Source of the DNA: Escherichia phage vB_EcoM-UFV09
Length of the DNA stretch: 64,000 nt
Strand: one strand, 5' to 3'
Sequence record: MZ291552.2
Shown: piece after piece, positions 31,812-44,849 of the stretch
Position numbering within the stretch: position 1 is the stretch's first letter
Layout of the letters: the number at the start of each line of letters is the position of its first letter
Made by a program: the position numbers and the translations under genes
Notes under the pieces: generated by a model
The model's database searches: none
What the model was told of the DNA's origin: nothing
What the model saw: the letters and a program-made list of their open reading frames with translations, nothing else

Positions 31812-32056
31812 TATAAATTCTCTTTTAAATGAAAATGCAGGACTTATTGGCATTGCCTGCGCAAGCCCTCAAGGGGAACATAGGTTTTTGGGTATTTAAC
31901 GACCAGGATAACCATAAACCCGTCATCATTCACATTCAAGAGGTACACCATAAAACTGCCGGGGTCTTAAAACTATAATGATTCGCAAATCATTAATCAG
32001 ACAGTTCGATGGCTCCTCGATTTTAGCTCACACTAAGGCAGTGAATCTCCAATAAA

Positions 32057-32305
32057 TTACTTCAATGTTACCACAAAGTGACGAACTGCTTTTCGTGCAG
32101 CAGAAGCCAGAGGCTTAGCATACTTAAGTTCATCTTTTTCCTGAAGCTCAGCAGCTAATGCAGTTTGAGCAGGATTTAGATGTTTGAAATAACGCAGGAT
32201 TTCAAGAGCTTCGGCTTCAACATCAATAGATGCGCCATAGTTTTCGTGACCATTATTCCATGCGTTTCGTTGCAGTTCAAGAGCGTGTTGTAATTGTTTA
32301 ATCAT
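32057..32305 (-). CDS. rIII: rIII lysis inhibition accessory protein
   Basis: 82 aa, same as T4 RIII; position next to gene 31. Confidence 0.8.
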   Translation of the reverse strand: MIKQLQHALELQRNAWNNGHENYGASIDVEAEALEILRYFKHLNPAQTALAAELQEKDELKYAKPLASAARKAVRHFVVTLK

Positions 32306-32452
32306 TTAAAAATTCTCGTTAGAGATTAAAACTCGGTAGTCACGTTCTTCTGAATTTCATCTTCTTTCGACAGATCTCTCAGTTGTAGACTACCACATAG
32401 AATTGTTCGGTTAACTTATTATTCCGACACCCAATTCATATTATTATTTATA

Positions 32453-32788
32453 TCACTTATAAAGACATGGAATAGCTTTATAGTGACAAGTAACGAATTT
32501 TTGTTTAATTTCTTTTGGCTGCTTAAGACCCAGAGCTACAAAAGGATGCGGAACATTTCGAATTTGACCAACTGGAAGAGAAGTCAAATCACCGACTTCG
32601 CAGAAACCTTCAGGAACATCAGGACCAACAGAGTGAACTACACACAGTTCAGGAACTTCACCTTGAACACGTTTACCGATAATAAGTCCTGATTCTGTAA
32701 CTTCTTCATCACCAGCCTGTGCAGGTTCAGAAACTAAAATAACATATTCACCGACAGCACGAATTGGTAGCTGTTGTACTTCAGACAT
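32453..32788 (-). CDS. 31: Co-chaperonin for GroEL (GroES-like)
   Basis: 111 aa, same as T4 gp31; N-terminus [19 protein letters not shown]. Confidence 0.85.
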
Positions 32789-32844
32789 CGTTTTTCCTTT
32801 TTGTTAACAGATGAATTAATAATAACAAATAATTCTTAAAGCAT

Positions 32845-33153
32845 TTATTTACCAATAAATTGAAGCAAATGCTCAACTTTCATACCATTAACAGAAATCA
32901 ATTTGTCAATAGAAAAACCTCGCCATGCGCCAAGTTCAACATCAAATATCGGAATCATATCAGTAGATTCTTTCCGAGTAGATTCAGTCAATTTACCAGT
33001 TTGCATGGTTGGCATAAAGTCTGCATCACGAGTACCTTTCATAATACGAATAGTACCATCAGATTTTTCAAAAACTACGTTTGAAACACCCATGGACAAT
33101 TTGGTTTTCAAAATTTCGCGAATTGCTACTTTCTGCTCAGTTGTCAGTTTCAT
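32845..33153 (-). CDS. Hypothetical protein (T4 31.1 position)
   Basis: 102-aa ORF. Confidence 0.6.
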   Translation of the reverse strand: MKLTTEQKVAIREILKTKLSMGVSNVVFEKSDGTIRIMKGTRDADFMPTMQTGKLTESTRKESTDMIPIFDVELGAWRGFSIDKLISVNGMKVEHLLQFIGK

Positions 33154-33390
33154 TTATTTACCTATTACAGTTTTAATATGAGTTGTTCCACGTTCTTTAA
33201 GGGTGGAAAGTAATTTTTGGCATTTTTCTAAATCAGATTTCCAACTATATGGTCTATCAATACTAGTCCAATCAGTTTTATAATACTGTTTCCATTTAGA
33301 GAAAAAATATTTCTTATACTCTACAGCAAACGAGATGTTCTCGTTAGAATAAGAACTAATTGCTGTGAGCTTTACCAAACGAAATTTCAT
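33154..33390 (-). CDS. Hypothetical protein (T4 31.2 position)
   Basis: 78-aa ORF. Confidence 0.55.
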   Translation of the reverse strand: MKFRLVKLTAISSYSNENISFAVEYKKYFFSKWKQYYKTDWTSIDRPYSWKSDLEKCQKLLSTLKERGTTHIKTVIGK

Positions 33391-33971
33391 TATTCACCAC
33401 AGAATTCGTTGATATTTTCCCAGTTTAACTTATTCAAGTTTTTCTTAGGAACATTAAACACTTCAATACCTGCATTTCGCAGAATATCATCCCAGCCAGG
33501 TTTATTTTTATCGTATGTTTCACAATAAACCAACTTTTTAATTCCAGATTGAGCTATTGCTTTTGCACAATCTGGGCAAGGAGAAAGTGTTACATACATA
33601 GTAGCACCTTCAATTGAAGAACCATTTCGTGCAGCAAACAAAATCGCATTTAGTTCAGCATGAATTTCATTTTTAGACGACCATTCAGAGTGAGCGCTAC
33701 GATGTTCTTTCGCCAAGACAAAACGATCAGTTGAACCAAATGATACACATTCAGGCTTATGACCTTGAATGATAGTATGTTTAGGTTTATTCAGCAACCA
33801 ACCTTGCTCAGCGGCATAATCACAACAGTTCACACCACCAGCAGGTGAACCGTTATATCCAGTAGAAATAATACGTCCATTCTTTTCAATTACTGCTCCT
33901 ACCTTCCAGGAGCAACATTTTGATTCTTGTGATACTAAATATGCAATTTGAAGTACTGTACTCGCTTTCAT
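33390..33971 (-). CDS. cd: dCMP deaminase
   Basis: 193 aa; zinc-binding motifs HAELNA and PCPDC. Confidence 0.9.
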   Translation of the reverse strand: MKASTVLQIAYLVSQESKCCSWKVGAVIEKNGRIISTGYNGSPAGGVNCCDYAAEQGWLLNKPKHTIIQGHKPECVSFGSTDRFVLAKEHRSAHSEWSSKNEIHAELNAILFAARNGSSIEGATMYVTLSPCPDCAKAIAQSGIKKLVYCETYDKNKPGWDDILRNAGIEVFNVPKKNLNKLNWENINEFCGE

Positions 33972-34306
33972 TTCATAATCACCAGATAAGCAGATTTAGC
34001 AGTTTCAACACGATAAATTTCATGACGAAGTTTAGTTATACTTTTAATAACAGAACTAATTATATTCTGTCCGTCTTTAAAGCGGTTTTTCTTATCAATA
34101 AAAATTGCACCAACCATCTTTTTGTGAAGCTCAACTGGATACTTCGTCACAATAATAGCATCATACACAGAAGGATGAATACTATTCACCAGAGTGTCAT
34201 TCATTAAAGTTATTCTAATGAACTGCGCTGTTTCAGAGTCAAGCGCTCTATGATCGCCAGTATCATTTTCAAGACAATTATCAATTATATCAGTTAAATT
34301 CATCAT
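33968..34306 (-). CDS. Hypothetical protein (cd.1 position)
   Basis: 112-aa ORF. Confidence 0.55.
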   Translation of the reverse strand: MMNLTDIIDNCLENDTGDHRALDSETAQFIRITLMNDTLVNSIHPSVYDAIIVTKYPVELHKKMVGAIFIDKKNRFKDGQNIISSVIKSITKLRHEIYRVETAKSAYLVIMK

Positions 34307-34542
34307 AGTACGCCATACACCCTTTGTGCTTCAACTAATCCATCAAAATCTAATTTAAGATGCGATATTTGATCGCCATCACCTGGATTCACAATTACTA
34401 ATACTGAACGAGGAATTTCGGTAATAACACGAACCGATGTTTCTGGAAATCGTTCAGAAACCTTATTTACCAATTCCTGAGCAAATAGTTTAACTTTTTC
34501 TTGGAATTCTTTAACAGTAATTGGTTTTTCACTTAGCAGCAT
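34303..34542 (-). CDS. Hypothetical protein (cd.2 position)
   Basis: 79-aa ORF. Confidence 0.55.
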   Translation of the reverse strand: MLLSEKPITVKEFQEKVKLFAQELVNKVSERFPETSVRVITEIPRSVLVIVNPGDGDQISHLKLDFDGLVEAQRVYGVL

Positions 34543-34603
34543 TTTGTTTTCCTCATTTATTTGGTAGAGCTATAATATCACAACTCTACCGTAAAGTAAA
34601 CTA

Positions 34604-34885
34604 TTAAATTGCTTTGAATTCTGCTGTCTGCGATTCAAAACGAATATCGCCTTTGATGACTAGCTCAGCATCAAGACCGAATACGACAATGATATGTGCG
34701 GAACCTGGATACAGCGTAATTGCAATAGAATCCACCTGGTCTGGAAGCAAAGTGTTCAATACATGAGTCACTTGAGCATGAATTCGAAGCTCGGCTGCGT
34801 TATCAAGCTTTTCAAACATATTATTAGCGATAATTTGACTAAACACTACTTCTACGATTTTAGAATAAGTCGGAAACATATTCAC
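34604..34885 (-). CDS. Hypothetical protein (cd.3 position)
   Basis: 93-aa ORF. Confidence 0.55.
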   Translation of the reverse strand: MNMFPTYSKIVEVVFSQIIANNMFEKLDNAAELRIHAQVTHVLNTLLPDQVDSIAITLYPGSAHIIVVFGLDAELVIKGDIRFESQTAEFKAI

Positions 34886-35082
34886 CTCACATAATTTTCT
34901 TCAAGCCAATTAATAACATCCAACGCATTATCAAAAGTTGAACCATCTACTATGTCTTCTGTTTCATAATCAAGAATATCTAAGTCTACTCTTCCATCAA
35001 CAATAGGCCATAAACAAAATAGATATTTCTTTTCTTTTTCAATTTTATCACAAAGTTGATAAATCTTTTCTATGTTATTCAT
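34882..35082 (-). CDS. Hypothetical protein (cd.4 position)
   Basis: 66-aa ORF. Confidence 0.5.
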   Translation of the reverse strand: MNNIEKIYQLCDKIEKEKKYLFCLWPIVDGRVDLDILDYETEDIVDGSTFDNALDVINWLEENYVR

Positions 35083-35271
35083 AAGTTTTCCATGGTAAAG
35101 GCAGTTTAGTTTTCTTTACTGTTAGTTCAACATCAGGATTCTTTTCTCTTAATTTAAGACATTCCTCCCAAGCTCTGATTTCACTAGTGAATACACAAAA
35201 TTGCCCATTACTAGTACCAACTAAACCACTATTTACAATAACAATAGACCAAGTTTCATGATGCCACGCCA

Positions 35272-35272
<1 letters not shown>
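35075..35272 (-). CDS. Hypothetical protein (cd.5 position)
   Basis: ATG at 35272 overlaps the pseT stop (TAATG); 65 aa. Confidence 0.5.
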
Positions 35273-36493
<1,221 letters not shown>

Positions 36494-36497
<4 letters not shown>

Positions 36498-36724
36498 TTA
36501 TTTTTCTCAACTAATGATTGAATATAATCATGCAGATCTTTAGACGCCTTAGCCCAATTATTTTGATATTCATTTTTAAGATTAGCACGTGATTGAGCTA
36601 ATAAAACATCATTAGTTGGAGGTAAAGATTCTAACCGCTGAATCTGGCGTCCGTAAATCATTGCAGCCATCTCGGATTCATAAATCAATCCTTTGAGATG
36701 TTCAAATTGATGCCATGAAATCAT
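36494..36724 (-). CDS. Hypothetical protein
   Basis: 76-aa ORF. Confidence 0.55.
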
Positions 36725-37020
36725 TTACATTTATCCTCTTTTAACTCTTGACGATAATAACATATCATAGTTTTTTGATCATGTACATATCGTTTTACAT
36801 CATTAAGCCAAATACGAAATTCCTGGGAATCTTCAAATGGCATACCGACCCAAGCTTTACCATCAATAACTTTAACTTGCCAAGATAGTTTAGCTTCGTC
36901 ATATGACTTTATTTGTACAGGCCAATTAGGATGAACTGTTTCTTTCTTTACTTCTAGAGGCTTTGTCGAACAACCAACTAGAAGACCAATAGATAATATT
37001 ACTGCTGATAGTTTAATCAT
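36721..37020 (-). CDS. Outer-membrane spanin (Rz1-like lipoprotein)
   Basis: 99 aa; lipoprotein signal MIKLSAVILSIGLLVGC with lipobox LVGC; adjacent to an i-spanin-like gene. Confidence 0.6.
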   Translation of the reverse strand: MIKLSAVILSIGLLVGCSTKPLEVKKETVHPNWPVQIKSYDEAKLSWQVKVIDGKAWVGMPFEDSQEFRIWLNDVKRYVHDQKTMICYYRQELKEDKCK

Positions 37021-37370
37021 TTAGAAAGGTCCTGGATGTCTTCTGCGAACTTGTTGAAGGAGTTGTTGATTTGTTTTTCAACCAATCCTGGCTTACGAGC
37101 CACCACATCCGCCTTCTTTGCGTCTTTGCGCAGCTTTTCATTTTCACGCTCAATAGCAGCAATTGCCTCACGATTTTTATTATTCATCGCGTCAATATAA
37201 TTATACTGAATTCGCAAATTATTTAATGCTAAGGCGTTTTCATTGGCCGTTTTTGTAATTTCAGTAACTGATGTTTCTAATCTTTCTACCTTATTTTTTA
37301 AAATAATAGATGTTCCGCCTAATGCTATTACAATTAATAGCAAACCTGCTGTAGTATTACTTAATTGCAT
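37017..37370 (-). CDS. Inner-membrane spanin (Rz-like)
   Basis: 117 aa; N-terminal transmembrane segment then coiled-coil-like periplasmic domain. Confidence 0.6.
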   Translation of the reverse strand: MQLSNTTAGLLLIVIALGGTSIILKNKVERLETSVTEITKTANENALALNNLRIQYNYIDAMNNKNREAIAAIERENEKLRKDAKKADVVARKPGLVEKQINNSFNKFAEDIQDLSK

Positions 37371-37864
37371 AAAGTTTTAATAACCTCTACAATATCATCT
37401 TGAGAAAGACCGTTAATTAAAATATGATGTTCAGCCGGAGATTTAGAAATTTTAAAGCATGCCTCAACATCTTCTGCCATATCCGATGCACTACGATTTG
37501 GATTACTAATTCCAAGACGATGCTTTCCAGTCAAAGGATTAACGATGATATAGCATTTACAGCTATTGATATGAACATTGGGCTGAGTCTGATTAATGAA
37601 CACTTCGCACTCATACTTAGCGAGTTGATTTTCTAAAAAGACTTTCATCTCTTCAACCGCATCAGGAAGCATATCGCGGGCTTGCTCAAGACGACGATTT
37701 CGATATTCTTTAATGGTAGTTTTCCGCTTGACTTGCTTAGCTAAATCTTTCTTAAGATCGGTGATATATCCAACTCGACGATTTCCTTTGAATACAGAAA
37801 TCCCATCTGTAGTATCACCGTATGCTTCAACGACCATCTCAGTAGTAATAAGCTGCAAATCCAT
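37361..37864 (-). CDS. alc: Alc, inhibitor of host transcription
   Basis: 167 aa, same as T4 Alc; position between pseT region and rnlA; early promoter upstream. Confidence 0.7.
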   Translation of the reverse strand: MDLQLITTEMVVEAYGDTTDGISVFKGNRRVGYITDLKKDLAKQVKRKTTIKEYRNRRLEQARDMLPDAVEEMKVFLENQLAKYECEVFINQTQPNVHINSCKCYIIVNPLTGKHRLGISNPNRSASDMAEDVEACFKISKSPAEHHILINGLSQDDIVEVIKTLCN

Positions 37865-37871
37865 TATAAAG

Positions 37872-37925
37872 TCCTCATGTTATGTCAGTAAGATTATTAT
37901 AACACAACACGAGGGACTTGTAAAC
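37872..37925 (-). promoter_or_regulatory. Sigma70-type early promoter and leader upstream of alc (copy 2 of the 54-bp exact repeat)
   Basis: Identical 54-mer to 22564-22617; -35 TTTACA, 17 bp, -10 TATAAT, GAGGA RBS. Confidence 0.65.
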
Positions 37926-37928
37926 AGC

Positions 37929-39516
<1,588 letters not shown>

Positions 39517-39543
39517 AATAAAATGGGCCTTGCGGCCCACTCC

Positions 39544-40722
39544 TTAAAAATATTTTTTAAAACTCATCATAACTTTATCATCAACATCATTATCAATCTG
39601 TGCAACAAGATAAGATGACAGTTCTACTTCTTGCGGCGCGGATTGAACATTATCAGAATTAAGGTATTCACGAATCCAAGGATATGGATGTTTAACCGGA
39701 GCATCGGTAATTGGGCATGGAAGACCGCACTGTTTCATACGAGATACAGTTAAGTAATCAATAAAACTCCACATGCTATTTGTATTTAATCCAGGAACAT
39801 CGCCATCTTTAAATAAATGAACTGCCCAATCTTTTTCTTGGCGGTTAACTTCCATGAAAATATCAACTGCTTCTTGTTCACACTCTTGAGCAATTTTAAC
39901 CCATTCATCGCCATCAGTGCCAAGTTGAAGTTGACGAATAATATATTGGGTGCCTTTAAGGTGAAGCTGCTCATCACGTGCAATGAACTTCATAATCTTG
40001 GCATTACCTTCCATGATTTCCATGTTTTTATGGAAGTTAAAGGTACATGCGAAAGATACATAAAAACGAATAGCTTCCAATGCGTTGATTACATGAAGGC
40101 AAAGATAAAGAGATTTCATTAGCTCACGCTTCCAATATGTCTCATGCTCAATAGCATCTTCAATAACGTCTTCGTCTGCATTAATTTCTTTTTGGTATTC
40201 GATATCAGCTTTAGCATTTTCCCAATAACGAGTTTTAGTCAGAACATCATCATAATAGCGTCCAATAGATTCGGCTCGTTTCATGATTGCTTCATCTAAT
40301 ACAATCTCATCAAATACCTTTGACGGATCAGTATAAAGATTTCGCATGATATGTGTATATGAACGACTGTGAATAGTTTCACTAAAAGTCCATGTAGCAA
40401 CCCATGTATCAAGGCTAGGGTCTGAAATTAATGACATAAGTACAGCAGATGGCGCACGACCCTGAATGCTATCCAAAAGTGATTGATACTTCAAGTTATT
40501 AGTAAAAATATTCTGCTGATACTGAGGAAGCTTATTAAACTGTGCAGCATCCATCATTAAGTTTACTTCTTCGGGACGCCAGAAAAATGATAAGGACTTC
40601 TCTGTAAGTTCTTCAAATACTCGATGCCGTTGAATATCATAACGCGCAATACCAAGACCTGAACCAAAAAACATAGGTTCTTTTAAAACATCAACTGGAT
40701 TTGTATTAAAAACTGTGCTCAT
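39544..40722 (-). CDS. nrdB: Ribonucleotide reductase small subunit, uninterrupted
   Basis: 392-aa continuous ORF; iron/radical site motifs; follows nrdA. Confidence 0.9.
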   Translation of the reverse strand: MSTVFNTNPVDVLKEPMFFGSGLGIARYDIQRHRVFEELTEKSLSFFWRPEEVNLMMDAAQFNKLPQYQQNIFTNNLKYQSLLDSIQGRAPSAVLMSLISDPSLDTWVATWTFSETIHSRSYTHIMRNLYTDPSKVFDEIVLDEAIMKRAESIGRYYDDVLTKTRYWENAKADIEYQKEINADEDVIEDAIEHETYWKRELMKSLYLCLHVINALEAIRFYVSFACTFNFHKNMEIMEGNAKIMKFIARDEQLHLKGTQYIIRQLQLGTDGDEWVKIAQECEQEAVDIFMEVNRQEKDWAVHLFKDGDVPGLNTNSMWSFIDYLTVSRMKQCGLPCPITDAPVKHPYPWIREYLNSDNVQSAPQEVELSSYLVAQIDNDVDDKVMMSFKKYF

Positions 40723-40773
40723 AAATTTTCCACTTAGTTAATAGTTGGTGACTCGTCCGTGAGTCAAATTATA

Positions 40774-43038
40774 TCATAATTTACAGGATGAACAATCTTC
40801 AGCTTTAGGAGTTTCTATTTCATAATCATCAGTACCAGAACCATCACGGGTATTATGATAATAGAAATTTTTAATGCCATAATACCATCCGTATAGCATG
40901 TCATCAATCATTATTGACATTGGAACCTTTCCTTTTGGAAAAATCTGTGGGTCATAATATGTATTCGCTGAAGCTGATTGACATACCCATTTCAGCATAA
41001 TAGCTACCTGCGTAAGATAAGGTTTATTACCTTTCTTAGCTAATTTCCATGTATAATCATAGAGGTCTATGTTATGCTCAATATTGGGCACGACTTGATT
41101 AAAGGAACCCTCTTTTGATTCTTTAACAGAGACTGGTCCACGTGGAGGCTCGATACCGTTTGTACTGTTAGAAACTTGGGAAGATGACTCACATGGCATA
41201 AGTGCTGATAATGTGCTATTACGGATGCCAAAGAGCTTAAGGTCTTCCCGCAGCGACGACCAGTCACAAACGTATTTTGGAGCTGCGATTTGGTCAATCT
41301 TTTTATTGTACCAGTCGATAGGTAATTCGCCTCGAGACCAACGAGTGTCTGAATAATATTCACAAGGTCCTTTTTCTTTGGCGAGCTTAATGGATGCTTT
41401 AATGAGTCCATACTGTAATCTCTCAAATAGTTCATGTGTTAAATCGTTAGCATCTTCATAAGAAGCAAAGTTACTTGCCAGCCAAGCTGCATAGTTAGTA
41501 ACACCTACACCGAGGTTACGACGCTTTTTAGCTTTTTCTGCTTCAGGAACTGGATATCCTTGGTAATCCAAAAGATTATCAAGAGCACGAACTTGGACTT
41601 CTGCCAATTCATTAATTTTATCTTGGTCTTGCCAATCGAAGTTATCCAGCACAAATGCAGATAACGTGCACAATCCAATTTCAGCATCAGGACTATTCAC
41701 ATCATTTGTTGGAATAGCAATTTCACAACACAAGTTACTCTGACGAATAGGTGCCTTTTCACGAATAAACGGAGTATAGTTATTCGTATTATCAATGAAC
41801 TGTACATAAATCCTTGCTGTTCCTGAACGTTCAGTCATGAGCAATTCAAATAGTTCACGGGCTTTAATACGCTTTTTACGAATATTAGGGTCTTTTTCTG
41901 CTGCTTCGTATAATTCACGGAAACGGTCTTGGTCTTTAAAATAAGAATAATAAAGCTCTCCACCCATTTCATGCGGACTGAACAAAGTAATGTAATCGTT
42001 CTTTCCAAAACGTTCCATCATCAAATCATTCAGCTGGACGCCATAATCCATATGACGGATACGGTTTTCTTCTACACCTTTGTTATTTTTCAAAACGAGA
42101 AGATTTTCAACTTCCAAATGCCAAATAGGATAATAAGCAGTAGCAGCGCCGCCCCGAATTCCACCTTGTGAGCATGATTTAACAGCAGTCTGAAAATGTT
42201 TCCAAAAAGGAATAACACCAGTATGGCGTACTTCACCCATGCCAATCTTAGAACCTTCGGCACGAATCATACCAACGTTAATACCAATTCCAGCACGTTT
42301 GGAGATATATTCAACAATTGAAGCGGAAGCCTTATTGATAGACTTTAATGAATCACCTGCCTCAATAACAACACATGAACTAAACTGTCGAGTCGGAGTA
42401 CGACAACCAGCCATAATAGGAGTTGGTAATGAAATCTGTCGAGTAGATACTGCTTCATAAAAATGAATAACATGTTTTAATCTATCAACAGGTTCATCTT
42501 GATGCAATGCCATTCCAATAGTCATAAATGCAAACTGAGGAGTTTCATAAATTTGACCAGTGGTTTTATCTTTAACTAGATATTTTTCTTTTAATTGCAT
42601 CGCCCCGGAATAAGTAAATTCCATATCCCGCTCGTGCTTAATTTTTGATTCTAAAAATGTAATTTCTTCTGCTGAATATTTTGACAATAATTCAGGGTCA
42701 TATTTACCTGCATTTACACAATAAGAAATATGGTCAATAAATGAACGCGGTTCATACTGCCCATAAACATGCTTACGAAGAGCGAACATTAGACAACGTG
42801 CAGCTACATATTGATAATCAGGCTCTTCAACCGAAATAGAATTCGCAGCGGCCTTAATGACAATAGTCTGAATATCATCAGTTGTCATTCCATCACGGAG
42901 ATAAGATTTAATATTTTCATATAATTCATAAGGATCGACTGATGTTCCTTCAGCTGCCCAAGATAAAACTTTAATAATTTTTTGTGGGTCAAAGCTCTGA
43001 GAAACACCACTACTTTTGATAACATTAATTAATTGCAT
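40774..43038 (-). CDS. nrdA: Ribonucleotide reductase large subunit
   Basis: 754 aa, same as T4 NrdA; ATP-cone N-terminus; catalytic NLCCEI motif. Confidence 0.9.
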   Translation of the reverse strand: MQLINVIKSSGVSQSFDPQKIIKVLSWAAEGTSVDPYELYENIKSYLRDGMTTDDIQTIVIKAAANSISVEEPDYQYVAARCLMFALRKHVYGQYEPRSFIDHISYCVNAGKYDPELLSKYSAEEITFLESKIKHERDMEFTYSGAMQLKEKYLVKDKTTGQIYETPQFAFMTIGMALHQDEPVDRLKHVIHFYEAVSTRQISLPTPIMAGCRTPTRQFSSCVVIEAGDSLKSINKASASIVEYISKRAGIGINVGMIRAEGSKIGMGEVRHTGVIPFWKHFQTAVKSCSQGGIRGGAATAYYPIWHLEVENLLVLKNNKGVEENRIRHMDYGVQLNDLMMERFGKNDYITLFSPHEMGGELYYSYFKDQDRFRELYEAAEKDPNIRKKRIKARELFELLMTERSGTARIYVQFIDNTNNYTPFIREKAPIRQSNLCCEIAIPTNDVNSPDAEIGLCTLSAFVLDNFDWQDQDKINELAEVQVRALDNLLDYQGYPVPEAEKAKKRRNLGVGVTNYAAWLASNFASYEDANDLTHELFERLQYGLIKASIKLAKEKGPCEYYSDTRWSRGELPIDWYNKKIDQIAAPKYVCDWSSLREDLKLFGIRNSTLSALMPCESSSQVSNSTNGIEPPRGPVSVKESKEGSFNQVVPNIEHNIDLYDYTWKLAKKGNKPYLTQVAIMLKWVCQSASANTYYDPQIFPKGKVPMSIMIDDMLYGWYYGIKNFYYHNTRDGSGTDDYEIETPKAEDCSSCKL

Positions 43039-43355
43039 AAGTCCTCAACTTGAAAATCGTCTTTAAACAATCGGTTAACTATATGAGCTATTATATCACC
43101 ATGACACGGCTTTGGTTTACATGTGCATCCTAGCCTCATTCCACGTAAAGGCTCTAAATGTGCTTTAGTTATTTCTCCGGATTTAATTCGACGTATAAAA
43201 TCTTTTTTGAATAATTCAATGGCAGCCTCCCGGCTGCCAGCATCTTTACCGACGTAATTTCCCCAAAATGTACCACGGTGAATATTAACATCAAAGTCGG
43301 ATTTATATTTATTCACTACCCGGCATAGACGGCCCGCGCGGTTGTAGGTGTTCAT
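43029..43355 (-). CDS. Hypothetical protein (nrdA.1 position)
   Basis: 108-aa ORF with a [11 protein letters not shown] Cys/His cluster. Confidence 0.55.
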   Translation of the reverse strand: MNTYNRAGRLCRVVNKYKSDFDVNIHRGTFWGNYVGKDAGSREAAIELFKKDFIRRIKSGEITKAHLEPLRGMRLGCTCKPKPCHGDIIAHIVNRLFKDDFQVEDLCN

Positions 43356-43584
43356 ATTGTTCTTCCGTTAAAACAGTAATATCGTAGTAACAGTCAGAAG
43401 AAGTTTTAACTGTGGAAATTTTATTATCAAAATACTCACGAGTCATTTTATGAGTATAATATTTTTTGCCATAAATGATAATAGGCTGATTTGGTCCTGG
43501 AACTTCTAACTCACTTGGATTAGGAAGTGTAAAAAGAACGGCACCAGAAGTATCTTTAAATCGTAAAATCATATATCCTCTCAA
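43309..43584 (-). CDS. Hypothetical protein (nrdA.2 position)
   Basis: 91-aa ORF. Confidence 0.55.
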   Translation of the reverse strand: MRGYMILRFKDTSGAVLFTLPNPSELEVPGPNQPIIIYGKKYYTHKMTREYFDNKISTVKTSSDCYYDITVLTEEQYEHLQPRGPSMPGSE

Positions 43585-43595
43585 TTAAATTAAAA

Positions 43596-44456
43596 TTATA
43601 CCGCCATCTTTCCTTTAATTGACGGATGAGATACATAGTTATTAAGAACAAAATTATGAGGCTTTGCAAATTGACTCAACCAAAATACCTGCGATTCTGT
43701 GTCCCATTCATCAAATTCATCTGGAAATTTTAATTGTAATTCGCATAAATCCATAGGTTCACGGCGTAAAATTTCTTTACATTGTTCTACGTGATTCATA
43801 TAGATATGAGTATTACCACCAGAAAATATCAAATCTCCAGGAATAAGATTACACATTTTAGCTACAATATGAACTAACGTAGCATATGATGCAATATTAA
43901 ATGGAAGACCGAGGAAAACATCTACCGAACGTTGATACCACTGCAAATCCAAATAGCCATTACGCACATTAAACTGATAGAACATATGACAAGGCGGTAA
44001 TGCCATATATTTAAGTTCAGCTGGATTCCATGCAGAAACAATTTGACGCCTATCATTTGGCAGTTTTTTAATACGATCAATAACTTCTATAATTTGGTCT
44101 ACACCGCCAAAATCACGCCACTGTTTTCCATAAATTGGACCAAGTTCACCACTATGGTATCCTAAATCTTTTGCTTGATTTTCGTAATTTTCATCCCAGA
44201 CTGTTTTGCCTTGAATTAATGAATCATGTTGAATTAATCGTAAATCATTGACATTTGTGCTTCCTGATAAAAACCATATTAGCTCAGCAATGCATGCATT
44301 CCAGGCGAGCTTTTTAGTTGTTACTGCAGGAAAGCCTTTAGTTAAATCCCAACGCAATTTAGTACCGAACAGAGCAATTGTTCCTGTGCCCGTTCGGTCA
44401 TCGGTTTCATAGCCATTTTCAAAAATGTCTTTAATTAAATCTTGGTATTGTTTCAT
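43596..44456 (-). CDS. td: Thymidylate synthase, intron-less
   Basis: 286-aa continuous ORF; N-terminus MKQYQDLIKDIFENGYETDDRTGTGT; active-site region PPCH. Confidence 0.9.
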   Translation of the reverse strand: MKQYQDLIKDIFENGYETDDRTGTGTIALFGTKLRWDLTKGFPAVTTKKLAWNACIAELIWFLSGSTNVNDLRLIQHDSLIQGKTVWDENYENQAKDLGYHSGELGPIYGKQWRDFGGVDQIIEVIDRIKKLPNDRRQIVSAWNPAELKYMALPPCHMFYQFNVRNGYLDLQWYQRSVDVFLGLPFNIASYATLVHIVAKMCNLIPGDLIFSGGNTHIYMNHVEQCKEILRREPMDLCELQLKFPDEFDEWDTESQVFWLSQFAKPHNFVLNNYVSHPSIKGKMAV

Positions 44457-44501
44457 TTAGTACCTTATATAAATTATAATACATTTTATGAAGCTAAATA
44501 A

Positions 44502-44849
44502 TCAATACGGTTTAGCATCAAATTTTCTCTCAATTTCAGGCGTGAAATATAATTCTTTACCGCGTTTGGAAAAGCGACCAATAATATGATAATTATTCTC
44601 ATCAAACGTGATATTACCAATATCCATAGCTTTCAACCAAATATCGATATTTCTATCCAGCTTTATGTCAAAATTCCAATATGGAGAACTATTACCGAAA
44701 ATACTGCAAGCGGATTCAGTGAAACAACTGCTATAAATCTTGTCTTTAGGAACTACTAATTGATAGACACCTTTAATAAACTGAGGACCCTGCCACTTTG
44801 GCTGTTTCTCGTCTTTTTCTAATAGAATAGGGTAATAATTAAAATTCAT
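44502..44849 (-). CDS. Hypothetical protein encoded between frd and td
   Basis: 115-aa ORF filling a roughly 410-bp gap where T4 has frd and td overlapping. Confidence 0.55.
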   Translation of the reverse strand: MNFNYYPILLEKDEKQPKWQGPQFIKGVYQLVVPKDKIYSSCFTESACSIFGNSSPYWNFDIKLDRNIDIWLKAMDIGNITFDENNYHIIGRFSKRGKELYFTPEIERKFDAKPY

